From an uncultured bacterium (lineage in GTDB: Bacteria > Campylobacterota > Campylobacteria > Campylobacterales > Sulfurovaceae), in contig CBFCXZ010000009.1 of the NCBI GenBank assembly GCA_965602275.1, positions 6,719 through 70,718 on the forward strand: a stretch of 64,000 nucleotides of DNA, given 5' to 3'. Below, piece after piece: positions 18,709 to 28,910 of this stretch. The notes below the pieces were generated by a model. It made no database searches, had not been told where the DNA came from, and saw nothing but the letters and a program-made list of their open reading frames with translations. How positions within the stretch are numbered: the stretch's first letter is position 1; each line of letters opens with the position of its first letter. A program made the position numbers and the translations under genes.

Positions 18709-20333
18709 TATCTGATTCTACAATTGTAGATAAATTGAAATGTCCGTCCATCAAAAAGGCCTTTGTCGCTGAGTTTCAGTTCCGGAATCACCAGCAGTGC
18801 CATAAATGAGAGAGTCATAAACGGGGCGCTTAACGTTGAACCCAAGGCTTCTTTGGCAATGCGGTCTATCTTCTCATATTCTCTGGCGATATTGAAACCG
18901 TCTTCTGCACTCATGATTCCTGCAATTTCCAGGGGTAGAACCCACGTTTGTGTATCCGTAACGGCACAAATACCGCCTTGGTGTTCAATGAGAAGGTTGA
19001 CCGCTCTGGCAATCGCCTCATCGCTGCACCCTACGGCAATGATATTGTGCGAATCATGGGCAACACTCGAAGCGATTGCGCCTTGCTTTAACCCAAAACC
19101 ATTGACATAAGCGACAGCGGGCATAGCATCTTCATAACGGTTAACGACACTTATTTTAAGAATGTCATGTTCAATATCACTTATGGTTTCTGTTGGCATA
19201 TTTCGAAGATCTACTAGTTTTTCATGAGTATAATGCTCATGATCGATGGCCTGGATCACTTCAACCGTTTTACATGCCGGCATTGTAAAATCTTCTGTTT
19301 CTTTTGTGCTTGCATGAAAGTTATTGATCTTTGAGATCGGTACCGGGCTTATTTTCGATTCTCCGTTTTGGGCAACCACTTCACCATTGATCACTGTTTT
19401 TAAAATGGTGAAATCAACCAGATTATCTACTTCGATGAAGTCAGCACTGTCTCCCTCTCTTAACATTCCGACATCCAGGTTGTAATGCATGATCGGATTG
19501 ATGCAGGCGATTTGTAAAACTTTGAAGAGATTATTGCCTTTTGCCAGGGCACGCTTGACAAGCTGGTTGATATGCTCATGATAGAGATCATTTGGATGGC
19601 GGTCATCGCTGCAAAACATCAGCATCGCATAATGTTCATCAATCAGTGGTGCCAGAGCGTTAAAATTCTTCGCAGCTGAGCCTTCGCGTATCAGTATTTT
19701 CATACCGTTTTGGATCTTTTCCAATCCTTCATCATACGTACATGTTTCATGGTCGGTCGTGATACCCGCGTTGATGTAGCGTTTAAGATCATCTCCGCGA
19801 ACTCCGGGAGCATGACCATCTACCGGTTTGCCCAGATCATGCGCCGCATTTATCTTTAAGAGCATATCTTCATCGCCATGGATGACACCTGGAAAATTCA
19901 TCACTTCGCTGAGATATTTGATCTGTGGTTTTTGCAGTAATGCTTTGACCTCCTCAACGCCCAGTGTGGCACCACTGGTCTCAAAGGATGTTGCCGGTAC
20001 ACAAGGCGATGCTCCGAAATAAAATTTGAAATTGACCTGTTCGGCATTGTTGAGCATAAACTCAACCCCTTTTATGCCAAGAACATTGGCGATTTCATGC
20101 GGATCGGAAACAGTGGCAACCGTACCGTGGCGTACTGCCAGACGGGCAAATTCGCTTGGAGGAAGCATCGAACTCTCTATGTGGATATGGGCATCGATAA
20201 ACCCAGGCAGGATGTAGGTGGAGCAGTGCTCGTCAATCTTTGTGACAGAAGTGATCTTTTGATTGTTGGTTACTACTTTTACAGGATAAATCTCACGCTG
20301 GTCAATATCAACAAAATTGGCTTTAATTTCCAT
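18708..20333 (-). CDS. ade: Adenine deaminase
   Basis: PGFIDAHIHIESS, DPHEIANV, DGHAP, REGSAA, SDDRHP and SVAHDSHN. Confidence 0.96.
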   Translation of the reverse strand: MEIKANFVDIDQREIYPVKVVTNNQKITSVTKIDEHCSTYILPGFIDAHIHIESSMLPPSEFARLAVRHGTVATVSDPHEIANVLGIKGVEFMLNNAEQVNFKFYFGASPCVPATSFETSGATLGVEEVKALLQKPQIKYLSEVMNFPGVIHGDEDMLLKINAAHDLGKPVDGHAPGVRGDDLKRYINAGITTDHETCTYDEGLEKIQNGMKILIREGSAAKNFNALAPLIDEHYAMLMFCSDDRHPNDLYHEHINQLVKRALAKGNNLFKVLQIACINPIMHYNLDVGMLREGDSADFIEVDNLVDFTILKTVINGEVVAQNGESKISPVPISKINNFHASTKETEDFTMPACKTVEVIQAIDHEHYTHEKLVDLRNMPTETISDIEHDILKISVVNRYEDAMPAVAYVNGFGLKQGAIASSVAHDSHNIIAVGCSDEAIARAVNLLIEHQGGICAVTDTQTWVLPLEIAGIMSAEDGFNIAREYEKIDRIAKEALGSTLSAPFMTLSFMALLVIPELKLSDKGLFDGRTFQFIYNCRIR

Positions 20334-20627
20334 AGGAGCATCTCCATCTTAATCTGATACATTTTTACATAGATAGCATAAAGAGTGTCTTAGTGCCTAG
20401 TATTTCTTCTAAACTATACTATTATGACTGAAGTTTATGATGAAATTATTGAAGCTTTGATGCAGTAATCTTCAATATTCTGTTACTCTTTTTTATGTGC
20501 TGGAAAACTATTTTATAAGGTTTTTAAAATAAGATGTTTACTTTTTATTCCTTAAGAACTCAGTCGAGTCTGATCCAAGTTGTTTAATGTTTTTTATACG
20601 CTTGACACTATATCACCTAGAAGGTCT

Positions 20628-20650
20628 GGAATTAGACCCATCTCTGATTA
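20628..20650 (-). repeat. 23-nt motif shared with 37744-37766
   Basis: Reverse complement TAATCAGAGATGGGTCTAATTCC versus TAATCAGAGGAGGGTCTAATTCC (21/23). Confidence 0.6.
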
Positions 20651-20656
20651 TTATTA

Positions 20657-21355
20657 CTAATTCTTAATACAACGAGCAGAGTATCCAGTAGAACGAGTGT
20701 CCAAGAATGATCTCACAACAACACCTACATAAGATAGAGCGTATGCATTCTCTGAGTCCATACTGCTTGACCAAACATAACCATGTTTGCTTTGATCCCA
20801 CAACTCTCCCCCAATATCATCACGAAAACCTGCATATGGTAATTTAAGAAAGGTATCTGTGCTACTTGCCATCTCCTCTCTTATCGTTTCAGCTTCAAGT
20901 TCATCCTTGGTTGGTATCCTATATCCTGCAGGGCAGACAGAACTCCCATCAATTTTAGACCAATTTGTATGCCTAATGCTTCCATTAGAATCTACCGATG
21001 TCCATTCACCAACCCCAGTTATAAACATATTTCCCGCATTATTTACATCTGTAGCCAGTGTATCGGTCGTTTCACTATTTTTGTTCTGATGCCCATCAAA
21101 GTTTCTTCCCCACTGGTAGTAGTCACCATAGCAAGCAGTGTCATTAAGAGCAGTACACACCTCTGTAGCACCAAGGTTTCTGTCCAACCATATTTTACCC
21201 GTATAGGGTGACGTTACATCACAATACTCTGTACCGTTGTGGGTTATACAAGTTCCATCTTCTCCAGAAGAAGTATTATTGGAAACACATCCTGAAAAAT
21301 GCATTCCTGCAAGAATACCTATGATAATCACTGTAATTTTTGATGATAAATTCAT
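20657..21355 (-). CDS. Lipoprotein with FISUMP (Fibrobacter succinogenes major paralogous) domain
   Basis: Lipobox HFSGC. WLDRNLGA, GDYYQWGR, CPAGYRIPT..E, LPYAGFR and YVWSSS. Confidence 0.8.
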   Translation of the reverse strand: MNLSSKITVIIIGILAGMHFSGCVSNNTSSGEDGTCITHNGTEYCDVTSPYTGKIWLDRNLGATEVCTALNDTACYGDYYQWGRNFDGHQNKNSETTDTLATDVNNAGNMFITGVGEWTSVDSNGSIRHTNWSKIDGSSVCPAGYRIPTKDELEAETIREEMASSTDTFLKLPYAGFRDDIGGELWDQSKHGYVWSSSMDSENAYALSYVGVVVRSFLDTRSTGYSARCIKN

Positions 21356-21737
21356 TTGCTCTTCCTTTCTAAGATATTTATGCTTGAGTCTACTCTTTTA
21401 AACATTAGAAAATAATAAAAGTATTTAAAGGGCATATAAGTTTTGGAAGTAAAAAAAATCTATTTGCCTGACTACCATATCAAATAAATCTTATAGGCTA
21501 TCGAAATATGAGCCTGATCTTCAGAGGTAGATACGACGGTTACCTTGTGACTGTAACCAATTAAAACCTTATAACTTAACATATTTTATAACGTTTATCG
21601 CTGTAGCGACGTTTAGAGACCATTTATAAGGAACCGAGAATATAAAACCTTATAAAACATGCCAATATGGAAGGTTTTATAATGATTGACACTAACTTTT
21701 ATATTCCCTGTAATACCAGATATAAACCATAATAGTT

Positions 21738-21923
21738 TTAACTTTCTAATAAATCTTTTTTGAAGTAGATATAAAAAAAAGATAAAAGAGGTACAAATAC
21801 TAAACCTATGATCCAAAAAACTTTTGCTTTTTCATTTTTAAATTTACTGAATACTGCAGAATGTATACAGTAAAACCAAAGTAAAATAAATAGTGCTAAG
21901 ATAATAAGAGTAACGTTAGACAT
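21738..21923 (-). CDS. Small two-helix membrane protein (PLDc N-terminal-like)
   Basis: AGGAG RBS. Two hydrophobic helices with a K.FWI..LVFVPL pattern. Confidence 0.65.
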   Translation of the reverse strand: MSNVTLIILALFILLWFYCIHSAVFSKFKNEKAKVFWIIGLVFVPLLSFFYIYFKKDLLES

Positions 21924-22014
21924 AATAAATATCTCCTTTCTTAATTATTTTAAATACATATTCATTATATTAAAATAAACATAAAGAAAAATTTCCTTGT
22001 TACAAAAATAGAAC

Positions 22015-23220
22015 TTAACTAATTTTTCTAACAAACACCACTTTAAGATAATTACCTTCTTTAAACTTATCACTCACTCTAAAATCTTTTGGTAAAAAGA
22101 AAGTCTCTTCGATACTGTATTTTCCATTTAACTCTTTAAATGCTTTGTTTATAAAATCTCTAAATTTTTGCATATCAAAGTTTGAAGCATTGGTTGAAGC
22201 AACTATCACACCACCCTTATTTGTTATTTGAATAGCTTCTTTGAGAAGTTTAATATAGTCTTTTCCCGCAGAAAAAGTATGTTTTTTTGACCTTGCAAAA
22301 CTAGGAGGATCAAGCACTACCAGATCAAAAGATAATTTTTTTCTCACTGCATACTTGAAGTAATTAAAAACATCCTCTACGATGATATCTTGTGTCTCTA
22401 CGTCTATATTATTTATACTGAATTGTTCTTGTGTTTTACTACGGCTTCTGTTTGCCAGATCTACACTTGTGGTCTTCGTTGCACCACCCAAAGCTGCAAA
22501 AACTGAAAAAGCTCCAGTGTAAGAGAAAGTGTTTAATACTGTTTTGCCTTTTGCATATTTATCTCGAATGGTTTTTCTCACATCTCTTTGATCTAAAAAT
22601 ACCCCTACCATAGCACCATCATCCAAAAATATAGCAAAATTTGCCCCATTTTCTTTTACTATAATAGGGGATTCAGCACTATTACCACAAACAAAATCAT
22701 CTGTATCGTCAAGATATTGACCTTTTGCATCAAATCTCTTTTTTTGATAAATGCCTTTATACTCAACGCTGCGTTTAAGTGCTTCTAAAATATCTTCTTT
22801 AAATTTATATATACCCACACTGTACCACGTGACTAAATAGAACCCATCAAAATAATCTATGGTCAATCCACCTATGCCGTCACCTTCACCATTAAAGACT
22901 CTAAATGCCGTAGTACTTTCATCACTATAAAAGTCTTCTCTATACTTGATAGCAGATTTTATTTTTTTGACAAAATAAGTTACATCTATTTTTTCATCTT
23001 TTTTAGATGACAGTACCCAGCCATACCCTTTATTTTGTTTTCCATAATACCCTTTGGCTATGAACTTTTTTCTATTATCCAGCAGATTGACTATCATACC
23101 CTCATCTGTGACTCTGTTCCAGTCAACAATAGACTCTTTTGAGATCAGTGGATATCCATCTTGATACGCTTTTATATATCCTGATTTTATAGTTAAATTT
23201 ATCTCTTTATGCATATTCAT
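22015..23220 (-). CDS. RlmI/YwbD-like PUA-domain class I SAM-dependent rRNA methyltransferase
   Basis: FRVFNGEGDG, GVFLDQR, LNTFSYTGAFS and VLDPPSF. Confidence 0.9.
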   Translation of the reverse strand: MNMHKEINLTIKSGYIKAYQDGYPLISKESIVDWNRVTDEGMIVNLLDNRKKFIAKGYYGKQNKGYGWVLSSKKDEKIDVTYFVKKIKSAIKYREDFYSDESTTAFRVFNGEGDGIGGLTIDYFDGFYLVTWYSVGIYKFKEDILEALKRSVEYKGIYQKKRFDAKGQYLDDTDDFVCGNSAESPIIVKENGANFAIFLDDGAMVGVFLDQRDVRKTIRDKYAKGKTVLNTFSYTGAFSVFAALGGATKTTSVDLANRSRSKTQEQFSINNIDVETQDIIVEDVFNYFKYAVRKKLSFDLVVLDPPSFARSKKHTFSAGKDYIKLLKEAIQITNKGGVIVASTNASNFDMQKFRDFINKAFKELNGKYSIEETFFLPKDFRVSDKFKEGNYLKVVFVRKIS

Positions 23221-23294
23221 TTATCCTTATTGGGAATTATAGTATAAATTTCAATTCAAATGTTATAATAACCCACACTAAAGGAGAACAGTCT

Positions 23295-23720
23295 ATGGCT
23301 TTTACACCTAAAACACCTTATCTTACTGCTGACGGCATCATCGAAATATATGATGACAAAGATATATTTCAGGGTATTGTGCTCATAGAGCGAAAGAATG
23401 AGCCAAGAGGTTTGGCACTGCCTGGTGGTTTTGTGGATGTGGGTGAGAGAGTGGAAGATGCTTTGGTGCGTGAGATGAAAGAAGAGACAAATCTTGATGT
23501 AACCATAAGTAGAGTGCTTGGTATCTACTCTGACCCTGCACGTGATCCGCGTTTTCATACAGCCTCTGTGGTATATGTGGCTAAAGCCAAAGGTGAACCC
23601 CAGGGTGGAGATGATGCCAAAGAAGCACAACTTTATAGTCTTGATACAATTCCAATGGAAAAACTGGTCTTTGACCATACCAAGATAGTGAAAGACTATC
23701 TACACTCACGTAAAAGTTAA
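23295..23720 (+). CDS. NUDIX hydrolase (ADP-ribose pyrophosphatase-like)
   Basis: Nudix box GGFVDVGERVEDALVREMKEET, plus RDPR and AFDH-like LVFDH. Confidence 0.92.
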   Translation: MAFTPKTPYLTADGIIEIYDDKDIFQGIVLIERKNEPRGLALPGGFVDVGERVEDALVREMKEETNLDVTISRVLGIYSDPARDPRFHTASVVYVAKAKGEPQGGDDAKEAQLYSLDTIPMEKLVFDHTKIVKDYLHSRKS

Positions 23721-23733
23721 AAGGAAGCTTCTT

Positions 23734-24414
23734 TTGCAAAGTAGTTATGATCTTCTCTATGCACTCATATCGTTGGGCTACCTTCAAAGTAACAGAGATC
23801 CTCTCTGGTGGCCAAAGAGCGGGACGTTTGAAGTGATTATCGGTGCGATCTTGACTCAGCAGACAAAATGGGAGAAAGTAGAGGAGTCACTATCAAATCT
23901 AAAAGAACATAGACTTCTTTCTTTAGAGGCACTAAGCAAGGCTGATGTTCAGCAGATCGCTACACTCATCAAACCCAGTGGTTTTTACAATACCAAAGCT
24001 CAAAGACTTAAAATGCTCTGTACCCATATCCTCGATGATTTTGGTACTTTTGAAGTGTTTCAAAATGATGTTGACAGACAATGGCTACTCGCACAAAAAG
24101 GGGTAGGGATGGAGAGTGCAGACTCCATACTTTGTTATGGCTGTGGACGCGAAGTCTTTGTTGTCGATAGCTATACACAAAGACTTCTTGATACACTAGG
24201 CTACAGTTTTGAGGGGTATATGCAGATACAAGAGTGGATGCAAGAGGGGATAGAGGCAAACCTTAACAAGATTAAAGATATTTACAAATATGAAATAGAA
24301 CTTCATGTAATTTATGCAAGATTCCATGGTAAGATTGTAGAATATGCCAAAGAGCATATTCGAGGTAAATATGTGGATATCAAACCCCTTATGGAACATA
24401 TAAAAGGATCATAG
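23734..24414 (+). CDS. HhH-GPD DNA glycosylase (MagIII / endonuclease III-related)
   Basis: WWP..GTFEVIIGAILTQQTKW, PSGFYN.KA, KGVGMESADSIL and VVDSYT. Confidence 0.88.
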   Translation: MQSSYDLLYALISLGYLQSNRDPLWWPKSGTFEVIIGAILTQQTKWEKVEESLSNLKEHRLLSLEALSKADVQQIATLIKPSGFYNTKAQRLKMLCTHILDDFGTFEVFQNDVDRQWLLAQKGVGMESADSILCYGCGREVFVVDSYTQRLLDTLGYSFEGYMQIQEWMQEGIEANLNKIKDIYKYEIELHVIYARFHGKIVEYAKEHIRGKYVDIKPLMEHIKGS

Positions 24415-24417
24415 AAA

Positions 24418-25233
24418 ATGACCAATATTGTCATTACAGGATGCAGTACAGGCATAGGGCTGGCAACTGCAAACTATCTTAAAGATAAATTTGTTAAAGT
24501 CTATCCAACTGCCAGAGACCCTAAAGATGTAGAAATGTTAAAAGAACTGGGTTTTGAACATGCTATGCAGCTTGATGTGAGAAAGCCTGATGAGATAACA
24601 GCCGTTATCACTAAAGTCCTTGAGATTGACAGTAAGATAGATGTCTGGTTTAACAATGCAGGTTATGGACAGCCAGGAGCTATGGAAGACATCACTATAG
24701 AAGTACTTAAAGCACAGTTTGAAACCAATGTCTTTGGTCTGCATGAATGTACCAGACAGATCATTCCTGTCATGCGAAAGCAGGGACATGGAAAGATCAT
24801 CCAGCACAGCTCTGTACTGGGTATTGTCTCACTCTTTGGGAGAGGTGCTTATAATGCCAGTAAATATGCCGTAGAGGGACTTACTGATACACTAAGACTG
24901 GAACTTAAAGGTACAGATATCTACCCTGTACTTCTCAATACAGGACCTGTCACCAGTGATTTTCGAAAAAATGCTGTACAGAAGCTAAAAGAGAATGTAG
25001 ATATAGAGCACTCTTTGTTTAAAGAACAATATCTGGAAAGTATGGAGGGAATTGCCAAAAAAGTACCTTTTAAAGAAGAGGCGATCTCGGTAGCTCAGAT
25101 AGTACATACCATCATTCTGACAGAGAGACCAAAACCAAGATACTATATCACTAAAGCTACTTATCTGCTGGGTTATATCAAAAGAGCAGTAAGTACATCA
25201 CTGTTAGATAAAATTTTATTGAAAATAGGATAG
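24418..25233 (+). CDS. Short-chain dehydrogenase/reductase (YbbO-like)
   Basis: ITGCSTGIG, NNAGYG and YNASK. Confidence 0.92.
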   Translation: MTNIVITGCSTGIGLATANYLKDKFVKVYPTARDPKDVEMLKELGFEHAMQLDVRKPDEITAVITKVLEIDSKIDVWFNNAGYGQPGAMEDITIEVLKAQFETNVFGLHECTRQIIPVMRKQGHGKIIQHSSVLGIVSLFGRGAYNASKYAVEGLTDTLRLELKGTDIYPVLLNTGPVTSDFRKNAVQKLKENVDIEHSLFKEQYLESMEGIAKKVPFKEEAISVAQIVHTIILTERPKPRYYITKATYLLGYIKRAVSTSLLDKILLKIG

Positions 25234-25274
25234 TTATGATGTACAATTAAGTATATTATTTTACAGGAATCTTT

Positions 25275-26855
25275 ATGTTTAAAAAATCTCTCAAAAATTC
25301 ACTTTTCCTCTCTCTTTTACTACTCGCTTCTAGTGCCATAGCATCCAACAAAGTCATCAGTATTGCAGGAACCGCTGATCTTCAGGGAATGATGGAAGCT
25401 TTTTCTCAAAAGTTCGATCTCAACGGTGATGGAAAAAAAGAGAAGATCATGATGGGTGGCATAGCTTATCTTGCAACAGTCTATAAACAACTCAAAAAAG
25501 AGAATCAAAACACTGTTATCGTCTCAACAGGAGATGACCTGATGAACAAGTATTTTCATACCTATAAAGGAAAAGCTATCTTTTCTCTTATGTCTGATGC
25601 TGGGTATGAACTGTATGCATTTGGAAACCATGAGTTTGATAAAGGGAGTAAAGTATTTGCCAAAGCGTTGGATGATGCTTCATTTACTTCTATTTGTAGT
25701 GATTTGGATGTTTCTACTTCAGCTCTCAAAGGAAAATGTGAACCTTATTTGATAAAAGAGATAGATGGTGTTAAAGTAGGGTTCTTTTCACTTATGACAG
25801 AAGATCTTCCTTTGGTTACAAGTGAAAGAGATGTTAAGATCATTTCTAACAATGTGACGACTGCCAAGATGATGATCAAGCTTTTAAAAGATAAAGAGGT
25901 AAATGTCATCGTTGCTCTCTCCCATATCGGATATAAGCAGGATGTAGCACTTGCTAAGCAGGTGAAAGGGATCGATCTTATCTTTGGAGGACATTCTCAT
26001 GAGTATGTCAAAAAGATGGGACGTATCCATAAAACAGCTATTGTTAACGGTGGACAACAGGGTACACAGATCATCAAAGTAGATATTCCGTTAGATAAAG
26101 ATCTCAAAGTCTTAAGTAAAAAGATAAAAATGACCAATATACCAGTAACAGAAGTGCTCAAGGCAGATCAAAAGATAAAAGAAAGAGTTGCAAAGTATCA
26201 AAAAGGCTTTCCTGCTGCTATCGTTTTAGGTCAGACAAAAACACCTTGGAATCTAAGTTCAGATGAAATACGTAAAAATGAATCTTCTGTTGCAGATATG
26301 ATCAATGACCTCATGAGAGAAAAATTCAAAGTGGATGTCGTACTGAATAATGCAGGGGCGTTCAGAGGCAGTAAGATATACAGTGAAGGTAATGTCACAG
26401 ATACCATGCTCAAAGAGATCGATGAGTTTGCAAACTATGCATATATGCTTAAACTCAAAGGAAAGTATTTTAAAGAGATACTCGAAAGATCTGCGGCCAG
26501 TTATGGAGAGGGTGGACTTATGCAGGTCTCGGGACTTAAATACCGTATCACATTGCCTAAACAGGTGCAACAGATCAAAGGTCGTAAAGTGATCAAGCCT
26601 GGGAAACGCGTTGACAGTATCAAAGTGCTTCAAGAAGGAAAGTGGATTGATCTGGATCCTAAAAAAGAGTATAGCATCCTAAGTAACTCTTTTATCGTTA
26701 ATCATGAAGGAGATGGATATTTTTGGTTTAAAAAGTATGGAACAGACTTAAAAAACACCTATACTACTTTCTATTCGATCATGGCTGAGTACATTGATAC
26801 ACAGAAGGTTCTCAGTCCTAAAGCCAAAGATGGACGCATAGAGATTGTTCATTAA
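25275..26855 (+). CDS. Exported bifunctional metallophosphatase / 5'-nucleotidase
   Basis: Signal peptide. GD, GNHEFD, LSH.G, GGHSH, NAGAFR and C-terminal DGRI. Confidence 0.9.
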   Translation: MFKKSLKNSLFLSLLLLASSAIASNKVISIAGTADLQGMMEAFSQKFDLNGDGKKEKIMMGGIAYLATVYKQLKKENQNTVIVSTGDDLMNKYFHTYKGKAIFSLMSDAGYELYAFGNHEFDKGSKVFAKALDDASFTSICSDLDVSTSALKGKCEPYLIKEIDGVKVGFFSLMTEDLPLVTSERDVKIISNNVTTAKMMIKLLKDKEVNVIVALSHIGYKQDVALAKQVKGIDLIFGGHSHEYVKKMGRIHKTAIVNGGQQGTQIIKVDIPLDKDLKVLSKKIKMTNIPVTEVLKADQKIKERVAKYQKGFPAAIVLGQTKTPWNLSSDEIRKNESSVADMINDLMREKFKVDVVLNNAGAFRGSKIYSEGNVTDTMLKEIDEFANYAYMLKLKGKYFKEILERSAASYGEGGLMQVSGLKYRITLPKQVQQIKGRKVIKPGKRVDSIKVLQEGKWIDLDPKKEYSILSNSFIVNHEGDGYFWFKKYGTDLKNTYTTFYSIMAEYIDTQKVLSPKAKDGRIEIVH

Positions 26856-26916
26856 GGATAGCTATAAGCACTTCTAAGCTATAGTATCTCAAATATTTTT
26901 TTAGGATAAATAGTTA

Positions 26917-27450
26917 ATGGATAAAATAAAAATAGGTGTAATAACGACAAGCGATAGAGCATCACAAGGCATATATGAAGATATCTCCGGGGTAGCCATT
27001 ATGGATACGATGAAAGAATATCTGTTGAATGAATGTGAATATGAATATAGATGCATCCCCGATGAGCAAAGCCTCATAGAAACAACACTTATAAATCTTT
27101 CACGCGACGAGAACTGTGATCTCATAGTTACAACTGGTGGTACTGGTCCTGCAATGAGAGATGTAACGACAGAAGCAACTGAAAATGTCTGTCAGAAGCT
27201 CCTTCCGGGGTTTGGAGAACAGATGAGAGCGGTAAGTCTGCAGTATGTGCCCACAGCCATACTCTCTCGTCAAACTGCAGGTATCTGTAACGGTTCACTC
27301 ATCATCAATCTTCCTGGAAAACCAAAGTCTATTCGTGAATGTTTAGATGCTGTTTTTCCTGCGGTTCCATATTGCATAGACCTTATAGGCGGCGGCTTCA
27401 TGGAAGCAGATGAAGCAGTGATTAAAATCTTCAGACCTAAAGCAAAATAA
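26917..27450 (+). CDS. mog: Molybdopterin adenylyltransferase
   Basis: SDRAS.G.YED.SG, TTGGTGPA.RDVT, LSRQTAG and NLPGKPKSI.ECL. Confidence 0.96.
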   Translation: MDKIKIGVITTSDRASQGIYEDISGVAIMDTMKEYLLNECEYEYRCIPDEQSLIETTLINLSRDENCDLIVTTGGTGPAMRDVTTEATENVCQKLLPGFGEQMRAVSLQYVPTAILSRQTAGICNGSLIINLPGKPKSIRECLDAVFPAVPYCIDLIGGGFMEADEAVIKIFRPKAK

Positions 27451-27466
27451 GGACATACTAAATAAT

Positions 27467-27676
27467 ATGAATGTTGAATTTATTGAACAAAAACTAGATG
27501 AGATATTTAAAGAGTTGGAACAAGAAGTGATGTCTGTTTTAATGGATGAAAGTTTGGATAAAGGACAAACCAATCTTCATATGAAGCCACTTGCTTCAAC
27601 TAAACAGATACTTGAAAATGCACTTGATAGCATTAAGATGGTAGACAAACTGGCTAAAGAGGATCTCGAAAAATGA
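27467..27676 (+). CDS. Hypothetical protein (acidic helical, 69 aa)
   Basis: AAGGA RBS. Operonic after mog. Confidence 0.75.
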   Translation: MNVEFIEQKLDEIFKELEQEVMSVLMDESLDKGQTNLHMKPLASTKQILENALDSIKMVDKLAKEDLEK

Positions 27677-27888
27677 TAAAGATCTTCTCACTCTTTTTAT
27701 GGACTTCTATTTTAGCTTTTGCAGGTGAAAAAATGACTATACCTCCCTATATTGTCTTGTCAGGTTTTATCATTATCGTAGGGCTTTTCTTTTGGGGTGT
27801 TTATAAAGCAGTAAAAACACAAAAGACTATATATGCACTTGCCATGTTGCCATTTGCACTTCTCTTGATAGTGATGTTTTTCATCTAA
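27673..27888 (+). CDS. Small membrane protein
   Basis: ATGA overlap with the upstream gene. Hydrophobic helices. Confidence 0.7.
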   Translation: MIKIFSLFLWTSILAFAGEKMTIPPYIVLSGFIIIVGLFFWGVYKAVKTQKTIYALAMLPFALLLIVMFFI

Positions 27889-28072
27889 ATAATAGATAAT
27901 TTTATTCATTAAAATTTATTAAAAATAAAGGTACAAACAAAATAATTGATTTTTATTACTTATTTCAATCATATTTGTTCTCTTTTGAAGCTCTATATCT
28001 TATACTTTAGTACTTATATAAACTAAGGGGTTCAAATGACAAGAATTAAAATTCAGTACAGTGAGGCACTAA

Positions 28073-28834
28073 ATGCCGAATCTTAAAAAAATCACTTCTA
28101 CACTTTTAAGTGCTTCTCTGGCATTGACATTGTTAAGCTCACTTTCTATAGCAAAAGATTCCAATGCACATTGGGGATATACAGGGCATGGTTCTCCAAG
28201 CAGCTGGGGAGAACTTTCTCCTAAATATAAAATGTGCGGTATGGGAAAAAACCAGTCGCCTATCAACATTATGACTTCTCTGGATGCTGATCTTGATGCA
28301 ATAATACCAGAGTATAAAAGTAGTTCAAAAGAGATTTTAAACAACGGTCATACGATTCAGGTCAATGTCGAAACAGGAAGTACTCTAAATGTAGATGGAA
28401 TTACATTTGAGTTAAAACAGTTCCACTTTCATACACCGAGTGAAAACCATATAGATGGCAAATCATTCCCACTTGAAGCACACTTTGTTCATTTGGATAA
28501 AGAGGGTAATATTGCTGTACTTGCTTTAATGTTTGAAGAGGGTGAAGAGAACAAAGACTTAGCTAAAGTATGGGAGAAGATGCCTAAAGGTGCGAATGAG
28601 AAGAGTGCATTAGAACTTTCTGATATTTCAAAAGCACTGCTTCCTGAAAATAAAGACTACTACCGTTTCAATGGTTCACTCACAACACCACCATGTAGTG
28701 AAGGTGTTCGCTGGCTAGTACTTAAGACACCAGTAAGTATCTCTAAAGTACAAGTAGAAACATTTTTGCATACGATGCACCATCCAAACAATAGACCTAT
28801 ACAGGCAACAAATGCCAGAATTATCGTCAAATAA
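28073..28834 (+). CDS. Periplasmic alpha-class carbonic anhydrase
   Basis: Signal peptide. HWGY, QSPINI, NNGHT, QFHFH.PSE, EAHFVH, GSLTTPPCSE and NNRP.Q. Confidence 0.96.
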   Translation: MPNLKKITSTLLSASLALTLLSSLSIAKDSNAHWGYTGHGSPSSWGELSPKYKMCGMGKNQSPINIMTSLDADLDAIIPEYKSSSKEILNNGHTIQVNVETGSTLNVDGITFELKQFHFHTPSENHIDGKSFPLEAHFVHLDKEGNIAVLALMFEEGEENKDLAKVWEKMPKGANEKSALELSDISKALLPENKDYYRFNGSLTTPPCSEGVRWLVLKTPVSISKVQVETFLHTMHHPNNRPIQATNARIIVK

Positions 28835-28910
28835 CATGTTATACTGCAAAGGAGTACTGTAACCCTCCTTGTAGTTGTTGTACGCAATGTTGCTTATGCT
28901 ATAATTTGCG

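Noticed and set aside
21613-21816. 67-aa minus-strand ORF
   Set aside because: Overlaps the better-supported 21738-21923 ORF in AT-rich DNA and has no recognisable motif.
25275-25400. DLQG instead of DxH in the 5'-nucleotidase first metal motif
   Set aside because: The other metal ligands (GD, GNHE, H, GHSH) are intact. Variation at this position alone does not indicate a novel function.
28036-28086. 16-codon uORF overlapping the carbonic anhydrase start
   Set aside because: CA has its own GAGG RBS. No evidence beyond chance for a regulatory peptide.
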